Assembly (NCBI GenBank): GCA_037142615.1 | Contig: JBAXAI010000002.1 | Coordinates: forward strand, 96,001-160,000 | Length of the DNA stretch: 64,000 nucleotides | Direction: 5' to 3' | DNA from: Spirochaetales bacterium | GTDB lineage: Bacteria; Spirochaetota; Spirochaetia; JABEVK01 | Shown here: piece after piece, positions 1 to 8,668 of the stretch | How the letters are laid out: each line of letters begins with the position of its first letter | Position numbering within the stretch: the stretch's first letter is position 1 | Translations under genes and position numbers: made by a program | The notes under the pieces: model-generated | Database searches by the model: none | What the model was told of the DNA's origin: nothing | Seen by the model: the letters and a program-made list of their open reading frames with translations, nothing else

Positions 1-1
1 A

Positions 2-1057
2 ATAAGAAACAGAATATTCAGCCTTAACGTCGATTCGGCTACCGAATTGCAAAGAGTACTCAAGGTCTCTCAGGCCCTAGGAATGCCGGCTAGAGTCAAG
101 CTCCGCATGGTACCTGAAATCAGGACTGGTTCTCACGGAGGCCTTCAGACAGGTACCCACGAGTCGAAGTTCGGCATCTCAGAGAATGAACTTCTGGACT
201 GTTACCGAGAAGTACTGGCGAATAGTGTCAATTTTACTCTGGTAGGTCTGCATATGCACATTGGATCGCAGACACCGGATGCCCGCAAGTACAAAACCGC
301 TCTCGAAGTTCTCTTGACAAGGGCCGCTGATCTTCACGCTCAGACGGGTTTTTTGGTTCCCTACATCAACATCGGTGGTGGAATACCGGTCCCCTATCTC
401 AAGCCGGACAACGAAGCCCACGGCCTGACGGCAGAACTCTTCGGAATCTTGAGCGCCTCGACTCCCCCCAGCGAAATAGCGAACTTTACAGTCGGTCAGC
501 TCGGTCAGAATGGGTTCTGGGAGTCGCTTGGTGGTGAGACTCAGGTGCTTCGCAACTCGCTTCAGCAGATGGGTGTCCTTGTTGAACCTGGCCGCTACAT
601 CGCCGCCGACACGGCTGTGCTCCTTGCAGAAGTTCAAAACTCAAAAGTTCGTCCGGGTTCGAACGATGCCTGGCTCATGATCGATGCCGGCTTCAACACT
701 CTGCTGGAAGCCTTCGATTACAATTGGTATTTCCATGCCATTCACGCAAGCAACGAGGGCAAAAGTTTGCGGCCATTCAAGCTCGCCGGCCCCCTGTGCG
801 ACAGCGGAGATGAGTTTCTCGACAGCGAGAGACTTGACCGCCTACCGAACTACCGAATGCTGTCCGAAGGCGCAAAAGTCGGTGATCTTCTCGCGTTCCT
901 CGACACCGGTGCCTACACGCTTGAGCAGATGTCCCAGTACAATGGACAACGTCGTGCGGCGGCGGTGATGATTCGACTGAGCGGTGAAGTTCAAGTCATC
1001 CGGAAACGAGATTCGTACGAAGACCTCTTGAGTCACGACCTCCCCCTGGAAACCTAG
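2..1057 (+). CDS. lysA: PLP-dependent group IV (diaminopimelate/ornithine-type) decarboxylase, 5'-truncated by the window edge
   Basis: Frame is open from position 2 (..SLNVDSATEL..). Motifs ESKFG, HMHIGSQ, NIGGG, VEPGRY, GPLCDSGD and TGAY..YNG are present. Substrate uncertain (CD rather than CE). Confidence 0.65.
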   Translation: MRNRIFSLNVDSATELQRVLKVSQALGMPARVKLRMVPEIRTGSHGGLQTGTHESKFGISENELLDCYREVLANSVNFTLVGLHMHIGSQTPDARKYKTALEVLLTRAADLHAQTGFLVPYINIGGGIPVPYLKPDNEAHGLTAELFGILSASTPPSEIANFTVGQLGQNGFWESLGGETQVLRNSLQQMGVLVEPGRYIAADTAVLLAEVQNSKVRPGSNDAWLMIDAGFNTLLEAFDYNWYFHAIHASNEGKSLRPFKLAGPLCDSGDEFLDSERLDRLPNYRMLSEGAKVGDLLAFLDTGAYTLEQMSQYNGQRRAAAVMIRLSGEVQVIRKRDSYEDLLSHDLPLET

Positions 1058-1217
1058 CTTTCTGAGCTCAGTAATCAAGGATTCGTGGCGCGCTAAGCCT
1101 GTCTTTTCGGTCCCGATGGGAAGTGAGGTTCAAAGTCACTCTTGAGCAATGGCTTGGGTTGCACTAGCTTTGATTCAGACGGCTTCTACCCCGCGGGTCA
1201 GGAGGTTTCCACTCACT

Positions 1218-2684
1218 ATGAAGTCTGAAGAAAATCTGGAAGACCGGATCGCCACCCTTGAGCGGGAACTCAACCGGATCCACAAGCTCTATGAAAAGGC
1301 AGTGCTGTACCAAAGTGCGGACCCAGAAATCTCGCTTTCCCAAGCGCGGAAGTCTGCCGAAGCGGTATGTAAGAACATCTACATCCGCGAGGGCCTGGAA
1401 GAGGACGGCAAGCCGGTCGCCAAGATGATGCTCAACGACCTGATCAGCATCTTGACTCGCTCCGGAATTTTGCCGGCCCACATCTCTGTGTCGCTCGGGA
1501 CGATTCAGGCTTTCGGGAACTTCGGAACCCATGACCAAGGCGACGAAAGCGAGTTCATTACCGTTGAGTACATCAAGCCGTGTCTGCAGGCGCTTAATAC
1601 CGTTGTCCACTGGTACTTCATGCGGTATTCGCAGGAGGGCCTGCTTTATGGGCGAGACCGGTCACCGGCAGCGCAGGAAGTTCTCGTGGGTAACGAGCGT
1701 CTCTACTTCGATTCCTTTGAAATGGCCTTTGCCGATGGCGTTGTCGACGGTCAGGAACGCGTGCTGCTCGACCGCCGGAGAGAGGATCTCGGAATCTCCT
1801 TGGAGCGCGTTCGCACGATCGAGAACATCGTCAAGTCACGCCACCAAGCGACCCCTGGCGAGCAGCCCCATCCCCTCGATCCAGACGACGAAGACTCGAT
1901 CGGCGAGGGTGACAACGCTCTCGAACTTGACGGCTGGCTCTCGATTGTCAGCAAGCGTACAGTCCCACTCCCGGCCGGCATCTTCCAAATGGGCTCGGAA
2001 AACGGAGCGGAAAATGAAAAGCCGACTCACGAAGTTGCCCTTTCCGGGTTTTCCATGGCCAAGTGCCCCGTGACGCAGCGGGACTTCGAGAAGATCTGCG
2101 GCATCAACCCCAGCAACTTCGCCGGAGATCCCAACCGCCCGGTAGAGAGTGTGTCGTGGTTCGATGCCATTAAGTTCTGCAACCGCTTGAGCAAAGCCGA
2201 CAAACTTGTGCCAGTCTACTCGATTGCCGAGGAAGGAATTGTCGCGAACTTCCGCAACAACGGCTATCGTTTGCCGACCGAAGCCGAGTGGGAGTACGCT
2301 TGCCGTGCCGGCAGCCCGGCCGACTTCTATTGGGGTGACAACGAAAAGGAAGCTGGCCTGCACGCCTGGTGCGATTCCAACAGTGACGACACCACCCACA
2401 CCGTGGGAACCAAGCGCAAGAACGCTTTTGGCCTTTTCGACATGGTCGGGAATGTGTGGGAGTGGACGAACGACTTCTTCAATCAGGAGTATTACGGCAC
2501 AAGCGATCGAACCGACCCGCTGGGTCCAGAGTTCGGCGAGTACAGAGTTCTCCGTGGAGGCTGTTGGTTCAACGGCCAGAACCGGCTTAGGTCTTCGTGC
2601 CGCCTCAAGCGGTTACCCAACCTTGTCGACGATGTCACCGGTTTTCGGTTTGTCGCCCGTCATCCTGGGCTGTGGTCCGAATGA
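1218..2684 (+). CDS. DUF4145-like N-terminal domain + short helical (TerB-like) motif + C-terminal FGE-sulfatase (formylglycine-generating enzyme family) domain
   Basis: ATG 1218 follows GGAGG at 1201. N-terminal SLSQARKSAEAVCK..IQAFGNFGTH. C-terminal FQMGS, PVESVSWFDA, YRLPTEAEWEYACRAG, NAFGLFDMVGNVWEW and RVLRGG motifs. Confidence 0.8.
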   Translation: MKSEENLEDRIATLERELNRIHKLYEKAVLYQSADPEISLSQARKSAEAVCKNIYIREGLEEDGKPVAKMMLNDLISILTRSGILPAHISVSLGTIQAFGNFGTHDQGDESEFITVEYIKPCLQALNTVVHWYFMRYSQEGLLYGRDRSPAAQEVLVGNERLYFDSFEMAFADGVVDGQERVLLDRRREDLGISLERVRTIENIVKSRHQATPGEQPHPLDPDDEDSIGEGDNALELDGWLSIVSKRTVPLPAGIFQMGSENGAENEKPTHEVALSGFSMAKCPVTQRDFEKICGINPSNFAGDPNRPVESVSWFDAIKFCNRLSKADKLVPVYSIAEEGIVANFRNNGYRLPTEAEWEYACRAGSPADFYWGDNEKEAGLHAWCDSNSDDTTHTVGTKRKNAFGLFDMVGNVWEWTNDFFNQEYYGTSDRTDPLGPEFGEYRVLRGGCWFNGQNRLRSSCRLKRLPNLVDDVTGFRFVARHPGLWSE

Positions 2685-3235
2685 ACCTTGAAGTAGTTTC
2701 TGCAACCCCGGCTGACCTCAAGTCCATTATGAAGCTGGAGCACGAAGGGTTTGTAGCTGGAATCCGGGAGAATGCTGAGGTCTTTCTTCGCCGCGTTGAG
2801 GTCTTTCCGAACGGCTTCTTGCTGCTCAAACGCGATGATGCGGTGGTCGGGTACCTTTCAAGCGAGATTTGGCCCTATCGCGATCCTTTCGAGCCGGACT
2901 GGTTCTTGCTCGGTCACGATATTTCGACGCGCCACAAGGCGGACGGCGACGAACTCTACGTCTCTTCCATGACCATTTTGCCCGAGTTCAGGGGGCAGGG
3001 CATGGGTTCGGACTTGTTCCGCACCGCTCTGAGACAGCTCGAAGAGCGGTACAACGGCCTGCATTCCTGCATTCTCCTCGTGAACGAACGCTGGGACCAT
3101 GCCCGCCGAATCTACGACTCGCTGGAGTTTCGCCGCATCGGGACGTTGAAGCAATTCTTCCAGCCTCAGGGTTTGCCTGCGTCTGACGGATGGATTTGCC
3201 GAAGGCCGCTTCCCCTCACAAACGTCAGCACCTGA
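2681..3235 (+). CDS. GNAT family N-acetyltransferase
   Basis: ATGA overlap with the upstream stop. Acetyl-CoA motif ILPEFRGQGMGSDL and C-terminal ARRIYDSLEF. Confidence 0.85.
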   Translation: MNLEVVSATPADLKSIMKLEHEGFVAGIRENAEVFLRRVEVFPNGFLLLKRDDAVVGYLSSEIWPYRDPFEPDWFLLGHDISTRHKADGDELYVSSMTILPEFRGQGMGSDLFRTALRQLEERYNGLHSCILLVNERWDHARRIYDSLEFRRIGTLKQFFQPQGLPASDGWICRRPLPLTNVST

Positions 3236-4431
3236 TCGGTCAACAGAGGGCTGAACAGCACTTTGCCGAACAAGTCCGGTGGGCAACGGGAGCGCAGAAC
3301 GTCGGGCACCACGAGCACGGCACCCTCGCTGACCGGAGGTCGTGACATTCGCTCGACAACCTCGGCCATGGCAGCCTTCTGACGAACGCCGCGGGCCCCA
3401 GCAAGATAGCCTTCGACCAAGGCCTCGCGCGTTGCGGGTTCCACGTCGTCCTTCCCAAAAAGGGCCAGGGCCAACGCAGACTCACCGCTTTGACACAGGT
3501 ACTCGCAGAACAACCGGTCGTCCGAAGCCAGGCTTGTCAGCGTTGCTGTCGATTCGGACAACTCGGACTCGCCATCGCCTTTGCCCGAAAGCCACACCAA
3601 ACGTTCGGCGAGCGTCTCAAGGCGCACGGGGGCAACTGGGTTGCCAGCTGACTCCTTCAGAAAGCGCTGCACTTCGGGCCACGGCATCGCCGACAAGAGT
3701 TGACGCAGCAGCGAAAACGACCCCCGGGACAACAACTGCGCAAGGTCCCCGGACGCCTGGGTTGCTGGACTCCCGACAATTTCGGTAACCAAAGGCTCCC
3801 ACACCGGATTCTCGAGACTCTGAAGGCCCTTGAGGGCGGCGTATTGGTCAGAAAAAAGCAGGCTGGCCAAAACTTCGGCCGTCGGTGCCAAATACCCCGT
3901 CTCGAGACCTTCACCGCATGCGACCCTAAAGTGCCTGACGACGGCGCTCTCGAAATAGTCGGTGCACAGGCGGTCTACCAGTGGCTCCAGTTGCTCGAGA
4001 ATCTGGCGGTTCTGGGGCGAAGCCCAGTCGGTGTAGTACAGGACCACGGCGTTCTGGGCCAAAAGTCCAGGGCGCAGCGCCTCCAGAAAAGCTTCCGCGA
4101 AGGCCGACTCCCACAGAAACTCGATCTGAGTTTTCACCAACTCCGGCACCTCGGGGAGTTGCTGCTGGATATCGATGGACGCCAACAAGTCCTTCCATTG
4201 GTCGGACCCCTTGATTCGCGACCGGAGGAGTCTGAGGTCCAAACCGTCGGTCAAGTGAAACGTCGGAACCGTCTGCTTTCGGGAACGCAACAAGGCCAAG
4301 ATTTCCTCGCTGGCGTCCAAGTGGCAGAACTGAATCGCTTTGGTGCGAAAAAGGGCCGGAAAACGGTCGGACAGGTCAGCGATGCGACGCGCCGCCTCGA
4401 TTCCCAGCGAAAGCACGAACACGTGGCTCAT
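3166..4431 (-). CDS. Hypothetical protein with a degenerate tubulin/FtsZ-like N-terminus (last gene of the vWA-tubulin operon)
   Basis: Start at 4431 overlaps the upstream stop (ATGA). The N-terminus MSHVFVLSLGIEAARRI..IQFCHLDASEE parallels PTIFIGLGGSGSKTI..FIFSALDTDVEE of the 12139-15663 protein. Confidence 0.6.
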   Translation of the reverse strand: MSHVFVLSLGIEAARRIADLSDRFPALFRTKAIQFCHLDASEEILALLRSRKQTVPTFHLTDGLDLRLLRSRIKGSDQWKDLLASIDIQQQLPEVPELVKTQIEFLWESAFAEAFLEALRPGLLAQNAVVLYYTDWASPQNRQILEQLEPLVDRLCTDYFESAVVRHFRVACGEGLETGYLAPTAEVLASLLFSDQYAALKGLQSLENPVWEPLVTEIVGSPATQASGDLAQLLSRGSFSLLRQLLSAMPWPEVQRFLKESAGNPVAPVRLETLAERLVWLSGKGDGESELSESTATLTSLASDDRLFCEYLCQSGESALALALFGKDDVEPATREALVEGYLAGARGVRQKAAMAEVVERMSRPPVSEGAVLVVPDVLRSRCPPDLFGKVLFSPLLTDQVLTFVRGSGLRQIHPSDAGKP

Positions 4432-5930
4432 GCCCGGGGTTCCTTGGTCCGCTGGATAACCAACTTGAAGTCTTCCATCTTCCAGATTTCCAACTGAGGA
4501 CGAATCCACGCCTGGATGTTCTTCGGTTCGAGGCTGTCGAGGACCCTGGACTGCTCGCCTTCGCCGGTTCCGGAAACGTAGGTGATCAGCCGCCCCAGCA
4601 CAGGATATTGCCGTCGGATCTCGTGAAGGTAGGCCCGTGAGTCGTCTTTGAAATACCGGGTCAAGACTCGCGAAGCCTGACTCAGCACCAGGGCCCGACC
4701 GGCAAGGGCTAACAGAAACTCGGGCTCAAGCGATGGTTCGTCGTAGTTGAAGGCTGGAAGGTCGGCCAGGATCGAGTACTTGTTTGGTCGCTTCCAGGCG
4801 GCCAAACAAACGGTTCCGATGAGAACCGTCGCGGCTTCGTACAGAAACCGGGCAGGGGTGTCGAGCTTGAAGCTCAAGTGCAGTTGATGGCTTTTGTCGA
4901 CTTGGCGGTAGCTGACGTACGAAGCGTACAGGTCAACAAACAGCCGGTTGCCGGTGTTGTCGACAGGTCTTTCCGACTCTCCCTCGCTCTTCTGGATCAT
5001 CTTGCGGAAGAAACTCAGCAGCGCGGCCCACAGCGCACGCAGCAGTCGCCAGCGATGCTTCGGTGGTTCTTGAGGTGATACAGCGATCTCAAAGTGACTA
5101 TCCTCGGTTAGTGTTCGCCAAAGCTCGTTTTCTTGGATGAAGCCCGACTTACCGGCCATCACGTCCAGCAGTTTCTTAAGCTCATCGCCAGATTTCTGAG
5201 GCGCGACTTTGGCCGGCGGTGCCTCGGGCGCTGGCTTGGGCGCGGGAGTTTCTGCCGTGGGTGCGCTTCCGTCGGCTGGCGAGGTCGCTGGCGCCGGGGG
5301 AATAACCGTTTCGGCGGCCTGAAAGCGTCGCTTGAGTCCTTTGGGAAGAATGGCATCCCACTCGTCAACGAGCGACTGCCTCAACGAGTCGAGCGAAAAG
5401 GAGCTCTTGGTCAGTTGGTCCCGAAACTTGTCAAAGCTGTTCTGATAGCAGTCGGCACAGATGCTGCGGCCGACCACATTCCTTGCCAGTTCGTTGGCGC
5501 GGAACTGGTTCATCAAACTCGCGCCGTGAAGCGCCTGCACATCGTTTCTTCCCGCGACAACAGGCACCCCGCAGTACCCGCAAGTCCCCGCTTCGAACGA
5601 GAGTTCACGGATCTCGTGGAGGTGGTAAGAGCGGCGCACAGCCTCGATAACAGGGTCCCTGCGGCCTGTCAGGGCAGAACTTCCGGCAACCTTGGTGGCC
5701 CGCAGAAAAGAATCCTTAAATGCCTGCGCGGGAAGAACATCGTAGACGGTCTTGCGCCCTTCCTCCGCGCTCATGTCCTCAAAACAGAGCAGACAAGGGT
5801 TTCCTTCCCGGGAAAGGCACGAAAAGCAAATGTTCCCCTGACCATGCATGTAGCGTGAAGCGCTGCCTACCTGTTTTCCGCACTGGATGCACCGCCCGCC
5901 GGCCAGGTTCTTGTTCGTCTTGACCTTCAT
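4428..5930 (-). CDS. Multi-CxxC zinc-finger protein with a Pro/Ala-rich linker and an uncharacterised C-terminal domain
   Basis: Start at 5930 overlaps the upstream stop (ATGA). Five CxxC pairs (CIQC, CFSC, CLLC, CGYC, CADC) and a PAPATSPADG..PAPKPAPEAPP linker. Confidence 0.7.
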   Translation of the reverse strand: MKVKTNKNLAGGRCIQCGKQVGSASRYMHGQGNICFSCLSREGNPCLLCFEDMSAEEGRKTVYDVLPAQAFKDSFLRATKVAGSSALTGRRDPVIEAVRRSYHLHEIRELSFEAGTCGYCGVPVVAGRNDVQALHGASLMNQFRANELARNVVGRSICADCYQNSFDKFRDQLTKSSFSLDSLRQSLVDEWDAILPKGLKRRFQAAETVIPPAPATSPADGSAPTAETPAPKPAPEAPPAKVAPQKSGDELKKLLDVMAGKSGFIQENELWRTLTEDSHFEIAVSPQEPPKHRWRLLRALWAALLSFFRKMIQKSEGESERPVDNTGNRLFVDLYASYVSYRQVDKSHQLHLSFKLDTPARFLYEAATVLIGTVCLAAWKRPNKYSILADLPAFNYDEPSLEPEFLLALAGRALVLSQASRVLTRYFKDDSRAYLHEIRRQYPVLGRLITYVSGTGEGEQSRVLDSLEPKNIQAWIRPQLEIWKMEDFKLVIQRTKEPRA

Positions 5931-8668
5931 TCTTCGCCCACCTCGCTTTCCAGCGGGACCGCGTCGACAAAAGCCTTCAAAACGCTCGCCAGACCCGCCA
6001 GATTGCCAGCATCGAGAGCCGCCGGGTCCTCTGTCCTCCAGTGAGGCAGAATGGGGAGCCAAGCGCCTTCCTGCGGTGGCGTGCTGAGCTCGGCCGCCAA
6101 CGAAGTGAAGAAGCGCCGCACCGGCGAAACGGGGTCGTCGTGGTTCAGTTGGGCCTTGAAGAACTCCATCACGGCAAGGGCCAGTTCCGGTCGCGCATCG
6201 CAGGCAGGGACGAGCCGGAGGGCCGTCAAGCTGGCGCCTTCCAGCACGACCGAGGCGACCACCTCATGGTCGTACTGCCGCCACGCAAACTGGCAAAACA
6301 GGTGAAACGCGTGCTCGACCACGAAGTTGAGGTTGCTTCCGGCCGCGACATCAAGGGGCGCCTTGAACTTGAACCTCCGCTCGGCCATTTCGGGGGCCGA
6401 ACTCACGAGCGGCACTTGGTAGCCCGGCAGCGGCTGTCGCCCCACGTGGTCACCACTGAGACAACTGATCACCGGAGCGAGCGTGATGGCTTCGGCGCCG
6501 TTCGCTTCGGGGACCCAGGCCCGGGCAACCCTCAGATGTGGCGGGAATCCCCCGGTAGGAAGCTCGGCTTCCGGTGCTCGGGTGGCGGCCTGCTTCAGCA
6601 TGTCGACAAGCTCCAGGTTCTTGAGAAGAACGTCCAGAACCGCCCGTGAAACGATGGTGTCATCGACAACAAACCAGAGGATTCTCTCGTTGTCGGCGTC
6701 GGCCCCCGCAGCCAGGTCGAGCCGATGGAGCAGGGTCGGAATATCGCCCATTCCGACGGAACTTTGGCGTCGGGAGAAGCCGCTCCGGCGTTTTGAGTCG
6801 CCGCCATCGATCAACCAGTCGTGGGTGAGCTCGCGGCTTTGGATGTAGTCCAACGAGTAGAGGCGACTGAGCGATGGAAAGAAGGACGAGGCCGACCAGT
6901 AGCGCCCTCCGTCCCAAAACACCGGCCCTGCGCCAAAGTTCTGCACCGTCGCCATCACAAACGGCGGCGCCTCGCTTCGGGCAACTTCTTCGATCGCGTC
7001 GGGCCGATAGCCCGTGCTTTCGGGGGTTTCGGCTGGAGCCGACGGGCTCATCAGCACGATCGAAGTGTGGAGGGGTTGCGGCGGTTGGAGCGAGAAGCAG
7101 TCTCGGGGCCCAAGACCCGCGGTGACTTGCTTTGCCAGCGACAGCGACGACTCCAGCGACCCGAAGCGCACCTGCGATACCCTCAAGGCACCCTCAGCCC
7201 CCCGCAAAATTGCCAAATGGTCGAGCTTGTCTAGCACCTGCCGCGCCGTTGCGAGCCCTTGCGAGGTCATCGAGTCGAGGTCACCTACGTAGGCGATCGA
7301 CAGGTCTCTGGCCAGGTCACCAAAGGAGTAGTAATTCTCGCTGCCGTCTTCTTCCGGAAGCACTAGCTTCTTTGAGACATCAAAGTACAGGATATCGGGA
7401 ATCTCGAACTTGGCTTGGAACTTGCCGTACTCCGACAGGTCCCGCAGAACCACGGTTCGTTTCAGCCATTCCAGATTGTCAAAGACCGAGGCAAAGCGCT
7501 CGCGAAGGTCCGCCGCCGCCGCCTTGTCGTGCAGAAGGAACAGGGCCTTCTTGCCGTCCAAGACGCCCGACAGGGCGCTGAAAAGGCAGGTGGTCCGCAT
7601 CCCGCTGCCGATGGCACCGCGGATCACCAGGTTCCGTCGCTTCTCGATCGCTTCGATGATCGAGATTTGTTCCTGGCGGAACTCGCGTATCCCCATCACG
7701 CTCAGCAGATCCTTCTTGCGGGTAGCGCCCACGATCCAAGGGTTGCCCGCCTCCTGATAGAGCTTTTGCGACGTGGCAGAGAACTGCCGACGAAGGTTCC
7801 AGGGCTGGGACACTTCCTTCAGGTTGAGTTTGTAAGGGATTTGACCACTGGCAAACCTCTCCTTGAGGTAGCGCGAAATCAGGGCCATGTCGGGGACAAC
7901 CTCAGTCGTCAGATCCTTGTTTTCGATCAGTTCCTCTTTGGGAGTTTTGGGAAAAGCTCTGGAAAGGAACCAAAAGGTCGTCCCTAACGGGATCCAGAAG
8001 AAGTCAACGACCCGAAAGTCGGGAAAGACGGTCGTTTGGCCCTGGAGGAGCGTCGTGAGCCAGTCAATGTCTCCACCCAGGAGTTTGAAGAGGGGTCCCC
8101 AGCCATTGGCAAGCACCCACGCGCCTTCGGCCGCCATCGACAGCATTCCGACAATGCAAAGGGTTCGCATCCACTTCCCGTACAGGGGATACACGAACTT
8201 ATGCTTGTGCCGTTTGATGCCAAAAAAGTACTTGATCACCGCCAGATAGCCTTCGTTGGTCCGGAAGTTCAAGGCTTCCTGGATCGGTCGAAGCACCAGA
8301 AACGCAATCGAGGTGACGAAACTCCAAAAGGCGGCAAAAAGCAAGGCAACAGCCGAGATGGGCAGGAGATTCATCAGGAACTTCTCGAGACTAATTCGGT
8401 TGCCCGGCGAAACGAAGTCGGCAAGCTGACCGTTGCCTGCCTGGCCTTTTTCGATGAGGGACCCGAGACCCAGGAACTGGCCTGCTGAATCGACCACGGA
8501 ACTGGTCACCGACGCGAAGAGCGCGCGGAAGAACGAGTGCTGGCCGGTGAGCAGACCAAACAGGGCCTCGGACAGCACCGCAAGAACGGCCAGAACGAAC
8601 ACGGTCAGGCCGAGGATACCGTAAAAGGAATAGTCCGTGTAACTGGCGAACGGTTTCGATTCTTTCAT
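5927..8668 (-). CDS. Polytopic membrane protein fused to a degenerate (probably inactive) SF2/DEAD-box-like helicase domain
   Basis: Start at 8668 (TGATG overlap). Four to five hydrophobic helices in the first ~240 aa. Then FRQEQISIIEAI (Q motif), GAIGSGMRTT (motif I without Lys), KALFLLHDKAAAAD (Ia), PDILYFDV (Ib) and AYVGDLDS (altered motif II). Confidence 0.65.
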   Translation of the reverse strand: MKESKPFASYTDYSFYGILGLTVFVLAVLAVLSEALFGLLTGQHSFFRALFASVTSSVVDSAGQFLGLGSLIEKGQAGNGQLADFVSPGNRISLEKFLMNLLPISAVALLFAAFWSFVTSIAFLVLRPIQEALNFRTNEGYLAVIKYFFGIKRHKHKFVYPLYGKWMRTLCIVGMLSMAAEGAWVLANGWGPLFKLLGGDIDWLTTLLQGQTTVFPDFRVVDFFWIPLGTTFWFLSRAFPKTPKEELIENKDLTTEVVPDMALISRYLKERFASGQIPYKLNLKEVSQPWNLRRQFSATSQKLYQEAGNPWIVGATRKKDLLSVMGIREFRQEQISIIEAIEKRRNLVIRGAIGSGMRTTCLFSALSGVLDGKKALFLLHDKAAAADLRERFASVFDNLEWLKRTVVLRDLSEYGKFQAKFEIPDILYFDVSKKLVLPEEDGSENYYSFGDLARDLSIAYVGDLDSMTSQGLATARQVLDKLDHLAILRGAEGALRVSQVRFGSLESSLSLAKQVTAGLGPRDCFSLQPPQPLHTSIVLMSPSAPAETPESTGYRPDAIEEVARSEAPPFVMATVQNFGAGPVFWDGGRYWSASSFFPSLSRLYSLDYIQSRELTHDWLIDGGDSKRRSGFSRRQSSVGMGDIPTLLHRLDLAAGADADNERILWFVVDDTIVSRAVLDVLLKNLELVDMLKQAATRAPEAELPTGGFPPHLRVARAWVPEANGAEAITLAPVISCLSGDHVGRQPLPGYQVPLVSSAPEMAERRFKFKAPLDVAAGSNLNFVVEHAFHLFCQFAWRQYDHEVVASVVLEGASLTALRLVPACDARPELALAVMEFFKAQLNHDDPVSPVRRFFTSLAAELSTPPQEGAWLPILPHWRTEDPAALDAGNLAGLASVLKAFVDAVPLESEVGEE

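Noticed and set aside
5927-8668. Active DEAD/DEAH helicase such as DISARM DrmA/B or Druantia
   Set aside because: Walker A Lys and DExH are missing, the protein has N-terminal TMs, and no methylase or other partner genes are present.
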